A DNA stretch of 58,092 nt from Leptospirales bacterium (GCA_040326155.1 JBEQLE010000021.1:1-58092), one strand, 5' to 3'; counted from the stretch's first letter, positions 19,019-29,033 are shown. The notes: a model not told the origin generated them from the sequence alone. Numbers and translations: made by a program.

Positions 19019-19029
19019 CTAGCTATTGT

Positions 19030-19632
19030 ATGAAAGTATTAACCAAAACAAGTAAACACCAGGCTGATCTAGTATCGGAAAATGATGGTTACCGGCTGGA
19101 TTTCGAAGCAGATGAAAACCGAATGGGTATATTGTATGCAATTGCAGCGGTAATATATGTTCGGGATTGGACTATTATTGAGGGAAAGGCTTCTATAACG
19201 AGTGGTAGAGTGAAGGACTCTTTTTACCTGAAGTCACTTGATGAGGGTCTCTCCGGATTTATAAAGAAATTTTACATTCTGGGTGACTTAAAGGATGTAC
19301 TGGATGAGGAATACTCCGTCGCCGAATACCTTTCGAGATTTCCCGAAAAACTTGCACAACTCAAAAAAGGCAGGGAGGGTTTTCCCTTGAGATATCAAAT
19401 TCGGGAAGATCAAGATGGTGAGTTTTTAGTCATCGACATTGTCGCAAGTGATCGACCAGGCTTACTTCTTGATATTGTACGATCTTTTTATTACCTTTAT
19501 TTTGATATTCATTCTATGGAATCCAGGACTATTGGAACAGAAGCCATAGATACATTTTATGTAAGTCGCAGTAAGGGTGAGCTTGGGGAGTTTGATCGGG
19601 ACATTATTAGAGAAATTTTGAAAAAAATATGA
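19030..19632 (+). CDS. Stand-alone tandem ACT-domain protein resembling the GlnD C-terminus
   Basis: ENRMGILYAIA...DSFYL and DRPGLLLDI...RTIGTEAIDTFYV match the two GlnD ACT repeats; no nucleotidyltransferase or HD domain. Confidence 0.75.
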   Translation: MKVLTKTSKHQADLVSENDGYRLDFEADENRMGILYAIAAVIYVRDWTIIEGKASITSGRVKDSFYLKSLDEGLSGFIKKFYILGDLKDVLDEEYSVAEYLSRFPEKLAQLKKGREGFPLRYQIREDQDGEFLVIDIVASDRPGLLLDIVRSFYYLYFDIHSMESRTIGTEAIDTFYVSRSKGELGEFDRDIIREILKKI

Positions 19633-19704
19633 TAAAATAACTCATACTGTGGTATGAAAGACCTTAAAAATCAATGAAAATTGGAATAATATGGCTTATA
19701 TGTA

Positions 19705-20958
19705 TTGACATCTACTCCAATAAATGTTTTCATGATGGCAATGTTGAGCCATATAACGTATAGTCATAGAATGATCAAAATTGTTACAGGTTTTTTTCTT
19801 GCAGCAATTATAAGTGTTGTTTCAGGGGCCCAGAAGAAAACGATCAGTGTGGATGAGTTTTCTAATTTGACGGGTAAAGACGATTTAGGTTATCTTTCAA
19901 AGGCCATACCGGAGCAAGTTCGTACGACACTAGGCAAAGTAAAAGGGTTTCGTGTACTTGAAGGAAACTTTGGAGGTGTTTACGTCGTTAAAGGGTCATA
20001 TACGGGAGGAAAGTCCTCACTTAAGGTTCAGATTCGCATCGTAGATGCTTCTTCTAGCAGTGTTGTAGCTTCGCAGACTGTAAAAGGCGATCTCGATAGT
20101 ATACTTGAGAAAGTCAATAAAGCCGTCATTGCTCTAGCGAAATCAATTTTAACTGAAGCGGCAGAAGGGACATCACTGACGTTTGACACTCAACCTACGG
20201 GTGCGTCCATTTATATTGATGAATCTCTAATTGGAGAATCTCCGATAGCGTCTCACGCGGTTACCCCGGGACGTCACCAGGTGAGAATTGAAAAAGAGGG
20301 ATATCAGCCATTAAAATTTTTAATAACTATAAAAGAGGGTGAGTCTAAAGAGATTGTTCGCTCTTTGCCACCAAAATCTGCTAATATGCGTGAGAGCATT
20401 GGATTCACCCTGCTCTACCTTGTACGCCCTTTTAATGATAATATCTGGGCTGGTGATGGAACAGGGGGAGGTAGCATTCATTACCAGATTCAGGTGAAGT
20501 TGTTTCGATTCGGGGTCGACACTACGTTTTTATTCAATCAGTTTGAACCCTACAAATATTCCGTACCTTATTCCACCGCCCGAGATAGCAGGTATTATCA
20601 TTTTCTACAGACAGGGATATCTATGCATCTTGTTCCGGGGTATGACTGGAATTCCATATCTCCCTATATAGGATTTCGTACGGGTTATTTACACTATTGG
20701 GATATGAGAAAAAATTCCGATGGTGCGCAGCTATTACGCAGCACCGGCAGAATGTACATTGGTCCGGTTGTCGGCATTACTCTATTACCTAAATCAAGTG
20801 TTAGTTTGTTTATTGAAGGACGGTATGATTTTATCCTGTCTGGCATGCATCGAAGGGAAATTCAGAAAGCAACTTTATTCAGCGGTCCCGAATCGTCAGG
20901 AAAAAAGTACTCGGCCAATTTAATAACAATAGGAGGGGGAATCAGTGTTAACTTTTAA
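19705..20958 (+). CDS. CsgG/TolB-N-like + PEGA + outer-membrane beta-barrel protein
   Basis: FSNLTGKDDLGYLSKAIPE; PEGA (TQPTGASIYIDE..PGRHQVRIEKEGY); amphipathic strands ending in C-terminal Phe. Start may be 19771. Confidence 0.7.
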   Translation: MTSTPINVFMMAMLSHITYSHRMIKIVTGFFLAAIISVVSGAQKKTISVDEFSNLTGKDDLGYLSKAIPEQVRTTLGKVKGFRVLEGNFGGVYVVKGSYTGGKSSLKVQIRIVDASSSSVVASQTVKGDLDSILEKVNKAVIALAKSILTEAAEGTSLTFDTQPTGASIYIDESLIGESPIASHAVTPGRHQVRIEKEGYQPLKFLITIKEGESKEIVRSLPPKSANMRESIGFTLLYLVRPFNDNIWAGDGTGGGSIHYQIQVKLFRFGVDTTFLFNQFEPYKYSVPYSTARDSRYYHFLQTGISMHLVPGYDWNSISPYIGFRTGYLHYWDMRKNSDGAQLLRSTGRMYIGPVVGITLLPKSSVSLFIEGRYDFILSGMHRREIQKATLFSGPESSGKKYSANLITIGGGISVNF

Positions 20959-21490
20959 GAAAATCATTATTATAATTATGTTATCTTTGTTTTATTGGGG
21001 TTGTGATTGGGAAGATGCGATAGAAGTGGAATATTCACTAATTCAACCCAGACCCCCGTTGGTTCCCAACTCCGAAACGATTGACTTGAAACTGCCTCTT
21101 CATTTATCCCCCAGAACTCGAGGTACGGCGTTTGATTTTACGTTCAAATCAAGTATGGTTGCACACGCAGCGTTGCTGATTTTTACGGCAGAACCTTCGG
21201 CGAACACGAAGGGACTCAGGGATGTAAGTGGTATTTGCCTCGGGGGAGCTACCAGTATGGCACCTGGGCATACCTGGGATGACCTTTCTCTTCATTGGGA
21301 CAATGTAGGAGCTCAAAGTGCTGTTTATGTTTGTGATGGCTCGAACAGGAGTGAACCTTTAAGCACTTCCACAAAAGTGGCTTTTGATGGAACTTTAGCT
21401 GCAGGGACTTATTATTGGGCTGTGTTGGGTTACGATAAATTTTACAGAATAACCCATTCAAGCCCTCTTTATACACTCACGATAAATTAA
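20945..21490 (+). CDS. Putative lipoprotein
   Basis: KK + hydrophobic stretch + FYWG-C; GTYYWAV beta-sandwich-like motif. Confidence 0.65.
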   Translation: MLTFKKIIIIIMLSLFYWGCDWEDAIEVEYSLIQPRPPLVPNSETIDLKLPLHLSPRTRGTAFDFTFKSSMVAHAALLIFTAEPSANTKGLRDVSGICLGGATSMAPGHTWDDLSLHWDNVGAQSAVYVCDGSNRSEPLSTSTKVAFDGTLAAGTYYWAVLGYDKFYRITHSSPLYTLTIN

Positions 21491-21507
21491 CTCAAAGAGG
21501 AAATAAT

Positions 21508-21921
21508 ATGAATAATTTGAAACGGTTAACTAAAATTCTCTCTGGTCTTTATTTATTACTCTCGTTGAATTCTTGTTTTCTGGGGGGGGGGGACGAAGGG
21601 GTAGATGTAATTTTTTTAAACAATTTCTCTCAACCTCTTGTAGTTGAGATTTGGTCGGGAGATAAGATCAAGTATGTCGAAGGGGAGGTACGAGGTGAAA
21701 ACCTCAGGAATAACCTCTCTTTGACGACGGTAACCAATGTTGGCGCCGATAATGAAACCTCCGTAACAATTGGTGACGATCAACGTCGGGCCCTTGTTAT
21801 TATCGGGACAGATGAGGGAGCAAATGGGTACTGGTATTTGGCCGATGAAGTAATTGACAATTTGGACAGTTATTCCGTGACCGTTGAAATTGAGGCTTCA
21901 GGGAACATTACCGTTTATTGA
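21508..21921 (+). CDS. Putative lipoprotein containing a G11 tract
   Basis: GAGG RBS; signal peptide ending LNS-C. Confidence 0.7.
   Translation: MNNLKRLTKILSGLYLLLSLNSCFLGGGDEGVDVIFLNNFSQPLVVEIWSGDKIKYVEGEVRGENLRNNLSLTTVTNVGADNETSVTIGDDQRRALVIIGTDEGANGYWYLADEVIDNLDSYSVTVEIEASGNITVY
21582..21592 (+). repeat. Poly-G homopolymer (G11)
   Basis: Direct count; encodes LGGGD just after the lipidated Cys. Confidence 0.9.
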
Positions 21922-21962
21922 TAAATACCTTTACGCTTTAATTCACCAGTGAATTTTGGAAT

Positions 21963-22442
21963 ATGAAAGCAATTTACCCTGGAAGTTTTGATCCTTTTAC
22001 AAATGGTCACCTCGATATAGTTAAAAGAGCTCTGAACGTTGTCGACGGTCTTGTCATAGCCATCCTGAAAAATACTAAAAAAAAGGGATTGTTTTCTATT
22101 GAGCAACGGGTTGATGTTATTCGTGAAGCCCTGGGTGAATATAATGACCGGGTTGAAGTTGAAAGTTTCGAAGGGTTACTTGTCGATTATTGTCGTCGAA
22201 AAGAAGTTCCAGTTGTTATTCGGGGCTTAAGGGCTGTATCCGACTTTGACTATGAAACCGCTATTTATTTAATGAACAAAGAGATGCTCGAAGGTTTCGA
22301 AACACTGTTTTTTATGAGCAGTTCTGAGAACTCTTTTATTTCTTCTACCATCATAAAAGAAGTCGCTTCCTTTGGCGGCGACGTTTCCGAGCAAGTCCCC
22401 CCATCTGTTCAGAAGTTGCTTTCAGATAAGTTTTCGTCGTGA
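21963..22442 (+). CDS. coaD: Phosphopantetheine adenylyltransferase
   Basis: YPGSFDPFTNGH, RGLRAVSDFDYE and ISST motifs. Confidence 0.97.
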   Translation: MKAIYPGSFDPFTNGHLDIVKRALNVVDGLVIAILKNTKKKGLFSIEQRVDVIREALGEYNDRVEVESFEGLLVDYCRRKEVPVVIRGLRAVSDFDYETAIYLMNKEMLEGFETLFFMSSSENSFISSTIIKEVASFGGDVSEQVPPSVQKLLSDKFSS

Positions 22443-22624
22443 GTTAGCACCGGTATTTGAGTGACCACCCAAGGGTTGGTAGTTTTAACACGCGGCTGTT
22501 TTACGCTTCCCCTTTTATTTTTTACTCCTACCGAAAAATAGATTATTAGAAAAAACCGGGTGGGTAGGATTTCAAATAAGTTAACATTGACGTGCCATGT
22601 CTGGAACCAAAACCTCCTTTTACT

Positions 22625-24460
22625 ATGGAAGCTTTACTGAAATCGAGAACACATTGTGGAACGCTTAAATCATCGGATGTGGGAGAAAAACCTGTTGTAG
22701 TAACGGGGTGGGTCTACCACTATCGAGACCAAGGTGGGGTAATTTTTGTCGACTTGAGAGACCGCTCGGGGGTAATCCAGATTGTTTTCGATAAAGCCGA
22801 AGGTGAAGAGCTTATTGAAAAGGCTGACACACTACGTGCAGAATTTGTTATTCTTGTTGAGGGTAAACTTCGCAAACGAGCGCCGGAGGCGATTAACAAG
22901 AAACTTCCGACGGGGGAAGTGGAGTTATTGGCGACAAAACTTGAGATTCTCAGTAAGTCAAAACCTCTACCGATACCAATTGAAGAGCATGAAGATGAAG
23001 CTTCCGAAGAGAATCGTTTGAAATACAGATTTCTCGATCTTCGCAGGGGACCGATGCAGGAGACTCTTCAAAAACGTCATCAATTTATTCATAAAATACG
23101 AGAATATTTAAACGATAAAACCTTTTGGGAAATTGAAACGCCGATGTTGAATAAATCAACTCCCGAAGGCGCCAGAGATTTTCTTGTGCCATCGCGAATT
23201 CATCCCGGACATTTTTACGCTCTTCCGCAATCCCCCCAAATTTTTAAACAGATTTTAATGGTGGGGCAAGTGGAGAGATATTACCAGATCGCAAGGTGCT
23301 TTCGAGATGAAGATCTTCGCAGGGACCGCCAACCTGAATTTACCCAGATAGATGTGGAAATGAGTTTTGTCACAAAAGATACGATTATGGAACTCATGGA
23401 AGATATGATGAGAGGGGCATTTAAAGAGACCTTCTCTATTGATCTTGGTGAAAATTTTGAACAGATAACATACCATGATTCCATGGAAAAATATGGAACA
23501 GATCGTCCCGACATGAGATTTGGGATGGAACTTACGGAACTTGGCGAGTGGGCCGGAACCACCGAGTTTAAAGTTTTTAAAGGGACTGTTGAGAGCGGGG
23601 GACGTTTAAAAGCCCTTTGTGTTCCCGGTGGTGCCAAACTTTCTCGTAAAGAAATTGACGATTTAACTAAATGGGTAGTTCAGGATTTTAAGGCAAAGGG
23701 TCTAGCCTGGGTAAAAGTTGTAGATGGAAAACTCGAATCCGTAGTAACAAAATTTTTGCCCGAAGCCTCACAAAAAGATCTACTTGAAAAAACAGGGGCA
23801 AAAGATGGAGATATTATATTTTTTGCAGCCGATAAAGCCAGTGTAGTTCTTGCAACACTCGGCGCCCTTCGGGTAGAACTCGCCCAGCGCTTGAAAATGA
23901 TCGAGAGAGAGTGGAAAGCTGTATGGGTAGTTGATTTTCCCCTGTTTGAATATGATGAACAAGATAACAGGTTAAAAAGTCTGCATCATCCTTTTACATC
24001 CCCTTTGAGTTCTCAGGTTTCTAAGATGATCGAATTAGGGGAAAAAATCAGCAGTGGTTCGTTGAAAGAAAACCTCAATGATATGCTCTCTTTACAGTCT
24101 GATGCGTATGACATGGTCATTAATGGCGTTGAAGTCGGTGGGGGCAGTATTCGTATTCATGATTCAGAACTTCAAAAAGCCTCCTTTAAGCTACTTGGTA
24201 TTTCTGATGAAGAGGCAAACGAACGATTTGGTTTTTTACTAAATGCTCTTCAATATGGGGCTCCACCGCATGGGGGACTTGCCTTTGGTGTCGATCGTCT
24301 GCTAATGCTTGCCCTCGATAAGGAGTCCATACGAGATGTTATTGCTTTCCCGAAAACCCAGAGGGGTCAGTGTATAATGAGTGAAGCTCCCTCAGAAGTC
24401 GGTGATATTCAGCTTAGAGAACTTTCTTTACGATCTCTAGTTAAAAAACCCGAAAAATAG
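22625..24460 (+). CDS. aspS: Aspartate--tRNA ligase
   Basis: RTHCG, FVDLRDRSG, ALPQSPQ, CFRDEDLRRDRQPEFTQ and GAPPHGG motifs. ATG 22625 preferred over GTG 22592. Confidence 0.98.
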   Translation: MEALLKSRTHCGTLKSSDVGEKPVVVTGWVYHYRDQGGVIFVDLRDRSGVIQIVFDKAEGEELIEKADTLRAEFVILVEGKLRKRAPEAINKKLPTGEVELLATKLEILSKSKPLPIPIEEHEDEASEENRLKYRFLDLRRGPMQETLQKRHQFIHKIREYLNDKTFWEIETPMLNKSTPEGARDFLVPSRIHPGHFYALPQSPQIFKQILMVGQVERYYQIARCFRDEDLRRDRQPEFTQIDVEMSFVTKDTIMELMEDMMRGAFKETFSIDLGENFEQITYHDSMEKYGTDRPDMRFGMELTELGEWAGTTEFKVFKGTVESGGRLKALCVPGGAKLSRKEIDDLTKWVVQDFKAKGLAWVKVVDGKLESVVTKFLPEASQKDLLEKTGAKDGDIIFFAADKASVVLATLGALRVELAQRLKMIEREWKAVWVVDFPLFEYDEQDNRLKSLHHPFTSPLSSQVSKMIELGEKISSGSLKENLNDMLSLQSDAYDMVINGVEVGGGSIRIHDSELQKASFKLLGISDEEANERFGFLLNALQYGAPPHGGLAFGVDRLLMLALDKESIRDVIAFPKTQRGQCIMSEAPSEVGDIQLRELSLRSLVKKPEK

Positions 24461-24467
24461 TTTAAAG

Positions 24468-24809
24468 TCAGTTTTCAATTTTTTTACTGCCAGCTTTTTG
24501 GGAATTTTCTTCGCGTTCGACGGTGGGGCGGGGAATTACAACATCAGCGGTTTTTTCCGGTTTGTTTTTGGAAGCCGGTTGCCAGGATTGGGGTTTGTTG
24601 CCTGTTCTTTTTTTTATAGCCAGCCATGTGACTTCGCTAAGCGCTAGTAAAGAAAAGAACCACACCCATCTGTAAAAGAATATATTCCATCCTACCAGAT
24701 CTGTTGTGTTTGACTCGGGGTAATAAATGATCTCTTTTAAGTATGCTTCGGCGACCATATAGTACGCAAGAAAAATAAAAATACGGGCTACTACCGAAAC
24801 TATTTTCAT
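24468..24809 (-). CDS. Hypothetical small membrane protein
   Basis: Two hydrophobic segments; coupled to the CBS gene. Confidence 0.6.
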   Translation of the reverse strand: MKIVSVVARIFIFLAYYMVAEAYLKEIIYYPESNTTDLVGWNIFFYRWVWFFSLLALSEVTWLAIKKRTGNKPQSWQPASKNKPEKTADVVIPRPTVEREENSQKAGSKKIEN

Positions 24810-24814
24810 GCAGA

Positions 24815-25231
24815 CTAACTACGATAAGTATCGTTGTAATATCTTAATATATCACTCTCAGTAATAATTCCAATTACCGCATTGTCTTTTACGACCGGCA
24901 GAGCCTTGATTTTTTTTGCAAGCATCCTGTCATTTGCGTCTTGAATACTTTCATCCGGTGAGATAACCTGGACTGGATTAGACATGACACCTTCTACCGT
25001 AAGGTTCAGTTTTATTGTATCATAATTTTTTTGCATATGCGAAAATAACTTTTGGAAATTAGCGATGTCCGTACTCGAAAGCATCCCGCTGACGATTCCC
25101 TTCTCGTCAATCACCGGAAGGTGGGTAAAAGGCTCTTTTTCTAAGAGTTCCCACGCCTTTTCCAGGGATTCGCTTGCCTTAATTACCACAGGGCTTTTGG
25201 TCATATACCGTTCTACTGATATTGTTTTCAT
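24815..25231 (-). CDS. Stand-alone CBS-pair protein
   Basis: YMTKSPVVI/HLPVID and VMSNPVQVI/ALPVV..GIITESDI. Confidence 0.9.
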   Translation of the reverse strand: MKTISVERYMTKSPVVIKASESLEKAWELLEKEPFTHLPVIDEKGIVSGMLSSTDIANFQKLFSHMQKNYDTIKLNLTVEGVMSNPVQVISPDESIQDANDRMLAKKIKALPVVKDNAVIGIITESDILRYYNDTYRS

Positions 25232-25403
25232 TTAATCATTTCTGGAACCTCACCACCCGATGTCAATCATTTCCTAAACAAGAAAAAAGATTCAGGTGTT
25301 TATTTTCCCTCCCTTTTATCTAAATTCGGGAAAAATACTTTTCGGTGGGTGGACATTTATCAGTTGTACATTATTGGAAATAATTTGATTAAAGGAGTTG
25401 AAT

Positions 25404-25793
25404 ATGCCAAAAATTAATCGTTATGTCGACATAAGCACTGTTGATCGTGAAGCGAAGAAAGATTACATCGACCGTCATTCCCCGTTTATTCACTGTGAGT
25501 CTTCGGCCAAACAAGGTGAGAAGTTTGCAGTTACCATTAAAGTGGGTAATGAGTATGACCATCCGGACGATCCTGATCACTATATACAATATGTTCAACT
25601 TTTTAATGGGGAGACCTTGTTGAATGAAGCAAAGTTCCTGGCTGGAACCCTCGGGGGAGCTGGTCAAAAGTCACAGGCAGAGGTGACTTTCCGGATTGTA
25701 CCTGGTGGATCAAAATTAAACCTTACTGCAACCTCTTATTGCACCAAACACGGAGTTTGGGAATCTGAGCCAACTGAAGTTTCGGTTAGTTAA
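25404..25793 (+). CDS. Superoxide reductase-like (neelaredoxin/class II SORL) protein
   Basis: RHSP, HPDDPDHYI and CTKHG give a 4His-1Cys iron site; AAGGAG RBS before ATG 25404. Confidence 0.88.
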   Translation: MPKINRYVDISTVDREAKKDYIDRHSPFIHCESSAKQGEKFAVTIKVGNEYDHPDDPDHYIQYVQLFNGETLLNEAKFLAGTLGGAGQKSQAEVTFRIVPGGSKLNLTATSYCTKHGVWESEPTEVSVS

Positions 25794-25800
25794 TGATTAT

Positions 25801-25819
25801 GGGCGGCGTTCTGTCGCCC
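25801..25819. terminator. Hairpin between convergent genes
   Basis: GGGCGGC-GTTCT-GTCGCCC. Confidence 0.55.
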
Positions 25820-26505
25820 TAATTTTCCTCTTCGTCTATACGGTGTAAAAAATTCATTAAGATGTGTAATTTCCCATGTGATTTATTGGGGGAGATTTTG
25901 TCGAAATCGATTGTTTTAGAATAGATAACCCGTAAGTGCTGTTTCATTGTTTGTTTCGTAATTCCCAGCTCATCGATAATATCCTCCCTGGAGAGTCCAG
26001 TTAATAAGAATCCAGATATTGTGGCCTCTTGCGGGGTTAATTCGTACTCATGTATTAGAATATCCGTAACATTTGCAGTTTTTTGTTCTTTATTGGGTTT
26101 TTTTATGGGAAGTTCTTTTGGTTCTTTTTTGGCAATCTGCATTTTTAGAACCCTGTCAACTGCCACATTGAATCTTTCGTTACTGATCGGTTTAAGTAGA
26201 TAGTCCACCACTCCAATTTCAAAAGCCTTTAAGGCAAAATCCTTCTTTACCGTGACCAGAATCAGGTTTGGAAGGTAGTTCAGGGAGTTTAGCACCTTAA
26301 TGCCGTTAATGCCCGGCAGGTTTATATCGAGAAATACTAATCCGTATTTTTTCTTATTCAATAGAGCCAATGCCTCGTTCCCATTTACAGCAACATCCAT
26401 CAGTTCTAACTCTACCCTTTTTTCAATATAGCCCTTAAGTAGCTCCAGCGACCAATGTTCGTCCTCGACCAATAATACACGTATCTTTTCTCCCATAACG
26501 ACCAA
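25819..26505 (-). CDS. Response regulator: LytR-like receiver with LuxR-type HTH
   Basis: VEDE, FLDINLP, AFEIGVVDYLLKP; C-terminal LTPQEATI..GLSREDI..LGITKQTMKQHLRVIYSK. Confidence 0.85.
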   Translation of the reverse strand: MVVMGEKIRVLLVEDEHWSLELLKGYIEKRVELELMDVAVNGNEALALLNKKKYGLVFLDINLPGINGIKVLNSLNYLPNLILVTVKKDFALKAFEIGVVDYLLKPISNERFNVAVDRVLKMQIAKKEPKELPIKKPNKEQKTANVTDILIHEYELTPQEATISGFLLTGLSREDIIDELGITKQTMKQHLRVIYSKTIDFDKISPNKSHGKLHILMNFLHRIDEEEN

Positions 26506-26571
26506 TTACTACATTTTGGTATTGCTTGGAAACAACTTTATTGTTTTTAATATGGAATTCCAGTACCTTAC

Positions 26572-28422
26572 TCATTCAACAACCGGTAAAGACCGATCGA
26601 GCAAATCTTCGTCTGCGTGAATAAAATGACCGACACCCCTGAGAATAAGCTCTATGGAACCGTCGGCATTTCGACGCGCACCTACATAATCTACAGAAAT
26701 TGGCTGTTCTGGAGCAGGACCGGGGGCCGTTCCGCTAAGTTTATACAATGGTTGCATATTAGCAGCAGCGTAGGAGTACAAATAGGCCCAATCGTTGTGG
26801 TCTGTCAGTATTGTTGTAGAGCCATCGTAGTTAACGTCGTAAGAAATTGGGGACGAGCTGATCGAACCGTTGCAGCTAAAGTCAACACCAACACCACCAT
26901 ACCCTATGCCAGCCGATTCAATGACCGCGCTTTCGTCAATAGGGGCACCCGTACCGTGGGAGTAATCTAGAAAATAAGAGGCGGCTTCATATTTTGTAGT
27001 GTCATATGCGGAACAAAAAGTAGAGTAATAAGCGTCACTGTCGGTATCTCCGATTACAACTTTATGATTATAAAGATAGTTCATGGCGCTCAAGTAATTC
27101 GGTTTGTAATTCGTTGACTCATTGCCCCCGTGGTGAAGACCCAGATTATGCCCGTATTCATGGAAAATAACATGGGCCTGGTATTGATCCGCCCTGGACA
27201 TATCATAAAGATCAACGTACATGGAAACCCCGATAATCGAAGTAGAGCCACCTACCTGCGCTATGCCCGCCGCCCCCGGTATAGCATGACCAATTAACAT
27301 ATAATACCAGCTTGTCTTCCTCTTACGATCAGTGTAATTCGATTTGTAATCCCACACATCGGCAACACTACCCGTCCCATCAAAGTCTACATATTCACTA
27401 AATGGTACAGCTTCCCCACCGCAAAGATTAACCGGTTCGTCATTATTGTCAGGATTATCATCATAGAACACATAATCGCCAACATCGAAGTGGACGTAGA
27501 TACCATTTTTCTGATAGATATCCTGCATTTGAGTCAGTTTATCAACATAGGGCGATAGGGCAGTACACTGGCCACACTCACTGTCTTTTTCCATATAATC
27601 AATTTCTACGAATACATCGAGTTGACCAAAACGCGCTCCCCAATCATAATATGGTAAAGTGCGATATGTCATTTTCGGGGTTTCTACACAATCGGGTAGC
27701 CCATCAAAATCGAGATCTACTCGACAATTTGCCGTAGAAGGTAGAAACGGAGATATGCCTGTCATAAATTGCCAATCAGCAGCGGTATTATTGTCAACAT
27801 TTAATACTACTCTTTGCAACGATTGTGAGATGTTGCTGGTTACGATTGCGGCTGACGTTGCGTCCCATTGGCCGGGGGTCACCGGGTTCGTTGTCTCCGT
27901 TCCCGTTCGAACAAAATCTACCGTAATTCCATTTTTCAATAATTCAACATATCCTGATGTGTTTATATAGGGGTAATACTCGGCAGAATCTTGTAGCCAT
28001 ATAATGTCGTAGTCAAGATCTTTAGCTGCCGGTGTGGTTGTTGAGTTGGGGCGTACAATTAAAAATTGTTTCGAGGGAATTATTTGTGCAGGTAAAGTGA
28101 AAGTTCTGTCTGCGCTATAGGTGCCGGTAGTGACCTGGTAGCTGTGTCGATATTTGAGCTTGTATTTAGAAAGGTCAACTTGAGAGCTCGTTCCGTTATA
28201 AATTTCAATCCAGTTTCCGTAAGAAGAAATTTCACTGATAATGACACGGCCCGTGTTTGGAAACGGGGAGGCTAAAGAACATACCGGGGGGTAATAAGTC
28301 TGGTTCAAAAGGCTTTCCACACTTTCAAAGGTAGTATTCTGGCAAGACATTGTAAAACTCGCCAAAAGTGAGAAAATTAGAGCTATAAATATTTTTTGTA
28401 TTTTTATATTCAGTATGCCCAC
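26572..28422 (-). CDS. Lipoprotein: lamin-tail domain + metzincin-type zinc metalloprotease
   Basis: FTMS-C lipobox; IISEI..WIEIYN..VDLSKYKL (LTD); Ca-loop DLDFDGLPD; HEYGHNLGLHH; Met-turn SAMNY. Confidence 0.85.
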   Translation of the reverse strand: MGILNIKIQKIFIALIFSLLASFTMSCQNTTFESVESLLNQTYYPPVCSLASPFPNTGRVIISEISSYGNWIEIYNGTSSQVDLSKYKLKYRHSYQVTTGTYSADRTFTLPAQIIPSKQFLIVRPNSTTTPAAKDLDYDIIWLQDSAEYYPYINTSGYVELLKNGITVDFVRTGTETTNPVTPGQWDATSAAIVTSNISQSLQRVVLNVDNNTAADWQFMTGISPFLPSTANCRVDLDFDGLPDCVETPKMTYRTLPYYDWGARFGQLDVFVEIDYMEKDSECGQCTALSPYVDKLTQMQDIYQKNGIYVHFDVGDYVFYDDNPDNNDEPVNLCGGEAVPFSEYVDFDGTGSVADVWDYKSNYTDRKRKTSWYYMLIGHAIPGAAGIAQVGGSTSIIGVSMYVDLYDMSRADQYQAHVIFHEYGHNLGLHHGGNESTNYKPNYLSAMNYLYNHKVVIGDTDSDAYYSTFCSAYDTTKYEAASYFLDYSHGTGAPIDESAVIESAGIGYGGVGVDFSCNGSISSSPISYDVNYDGSTTILTDHNDWAYLYSYAAANMQPLYKLSGTAPGPAPEQPISVDYVGARRNADGSIELILRGVGHFIHADEDLLDRSLPVVE

Positions 28423-29033
28423 AAAGCCCCCAGTCGTATATCGAGTATTTGCCCGTCTATGGTTTCAAAGATATGAAAATAATCAAAGTTCAAAGTTAAC
28501 AAAATACCGGGTCTGTTTTTAAACGCAGCCCAGCTTAAACCAATGCGTCCCATCGCTGTAAAATCGAACGAAGAGAACGACGCATCTAATTTCCCAGTAA
28601 TATCCATTCTTACCCATGTTATTCCGGATCCAGCTCCCATATTTATCTGAAAATTTCCCATCTTAGGAAATCTAAACAGGGCGTAGGCAATGGCAGGGTT
28701 AGCGGCCGTTTTCAGCTTCACACTGACACCATTGTCCAAGACGGTCGTGGCTGGCATATACAAGTGAGAAACCAATAACCCGGCAGAGATATATGGATTC
28801 AAGGCAAATGGATTTCTCGTTATATCGAGCGCAATGGAAAACCCGACAGTACTAAACTGTGACCATGGTCCCATGGCGATCGGCATTCCCAGAGACAAAC
28901 CCAGTCCATTTCGAACCGGAGTAACAAACGATTGATCAACCGCATTTACCCTGCACGGTATCAACAGGAAGATTATAGCTACACATGTAATGGTGGAATG
29001 AAAGAAAAAAGTTTTGTTTCCGGTTTTACGCAT
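28410..29033 (-). CDS. Putative outer-membrane beta-barrel protein
   Basis: Signal peptide after MRKTG (ATG 29033 preferred); alternating strands; aromatic C-terminus WAY. Confidence 0.65.
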   Translation of the reverse strand: MRKTGNKTFFFHSTITCVAIIFLLIPCRVNAVDQSFVTPVRNGLGLSLGMPIAMGPWSQFSTVGFSIALDITRNPFALNPYISAGLLVSHLYMPATTVLDNGVSVKLKTAANPAIAYALFRFPKMGNFQINMGAGSGITWVRMDITGKLDASFSSFDFTAMGRIGLSWAAFKNRPGILLTLNFDYFHIFETIDGQILDIRLGALWAY

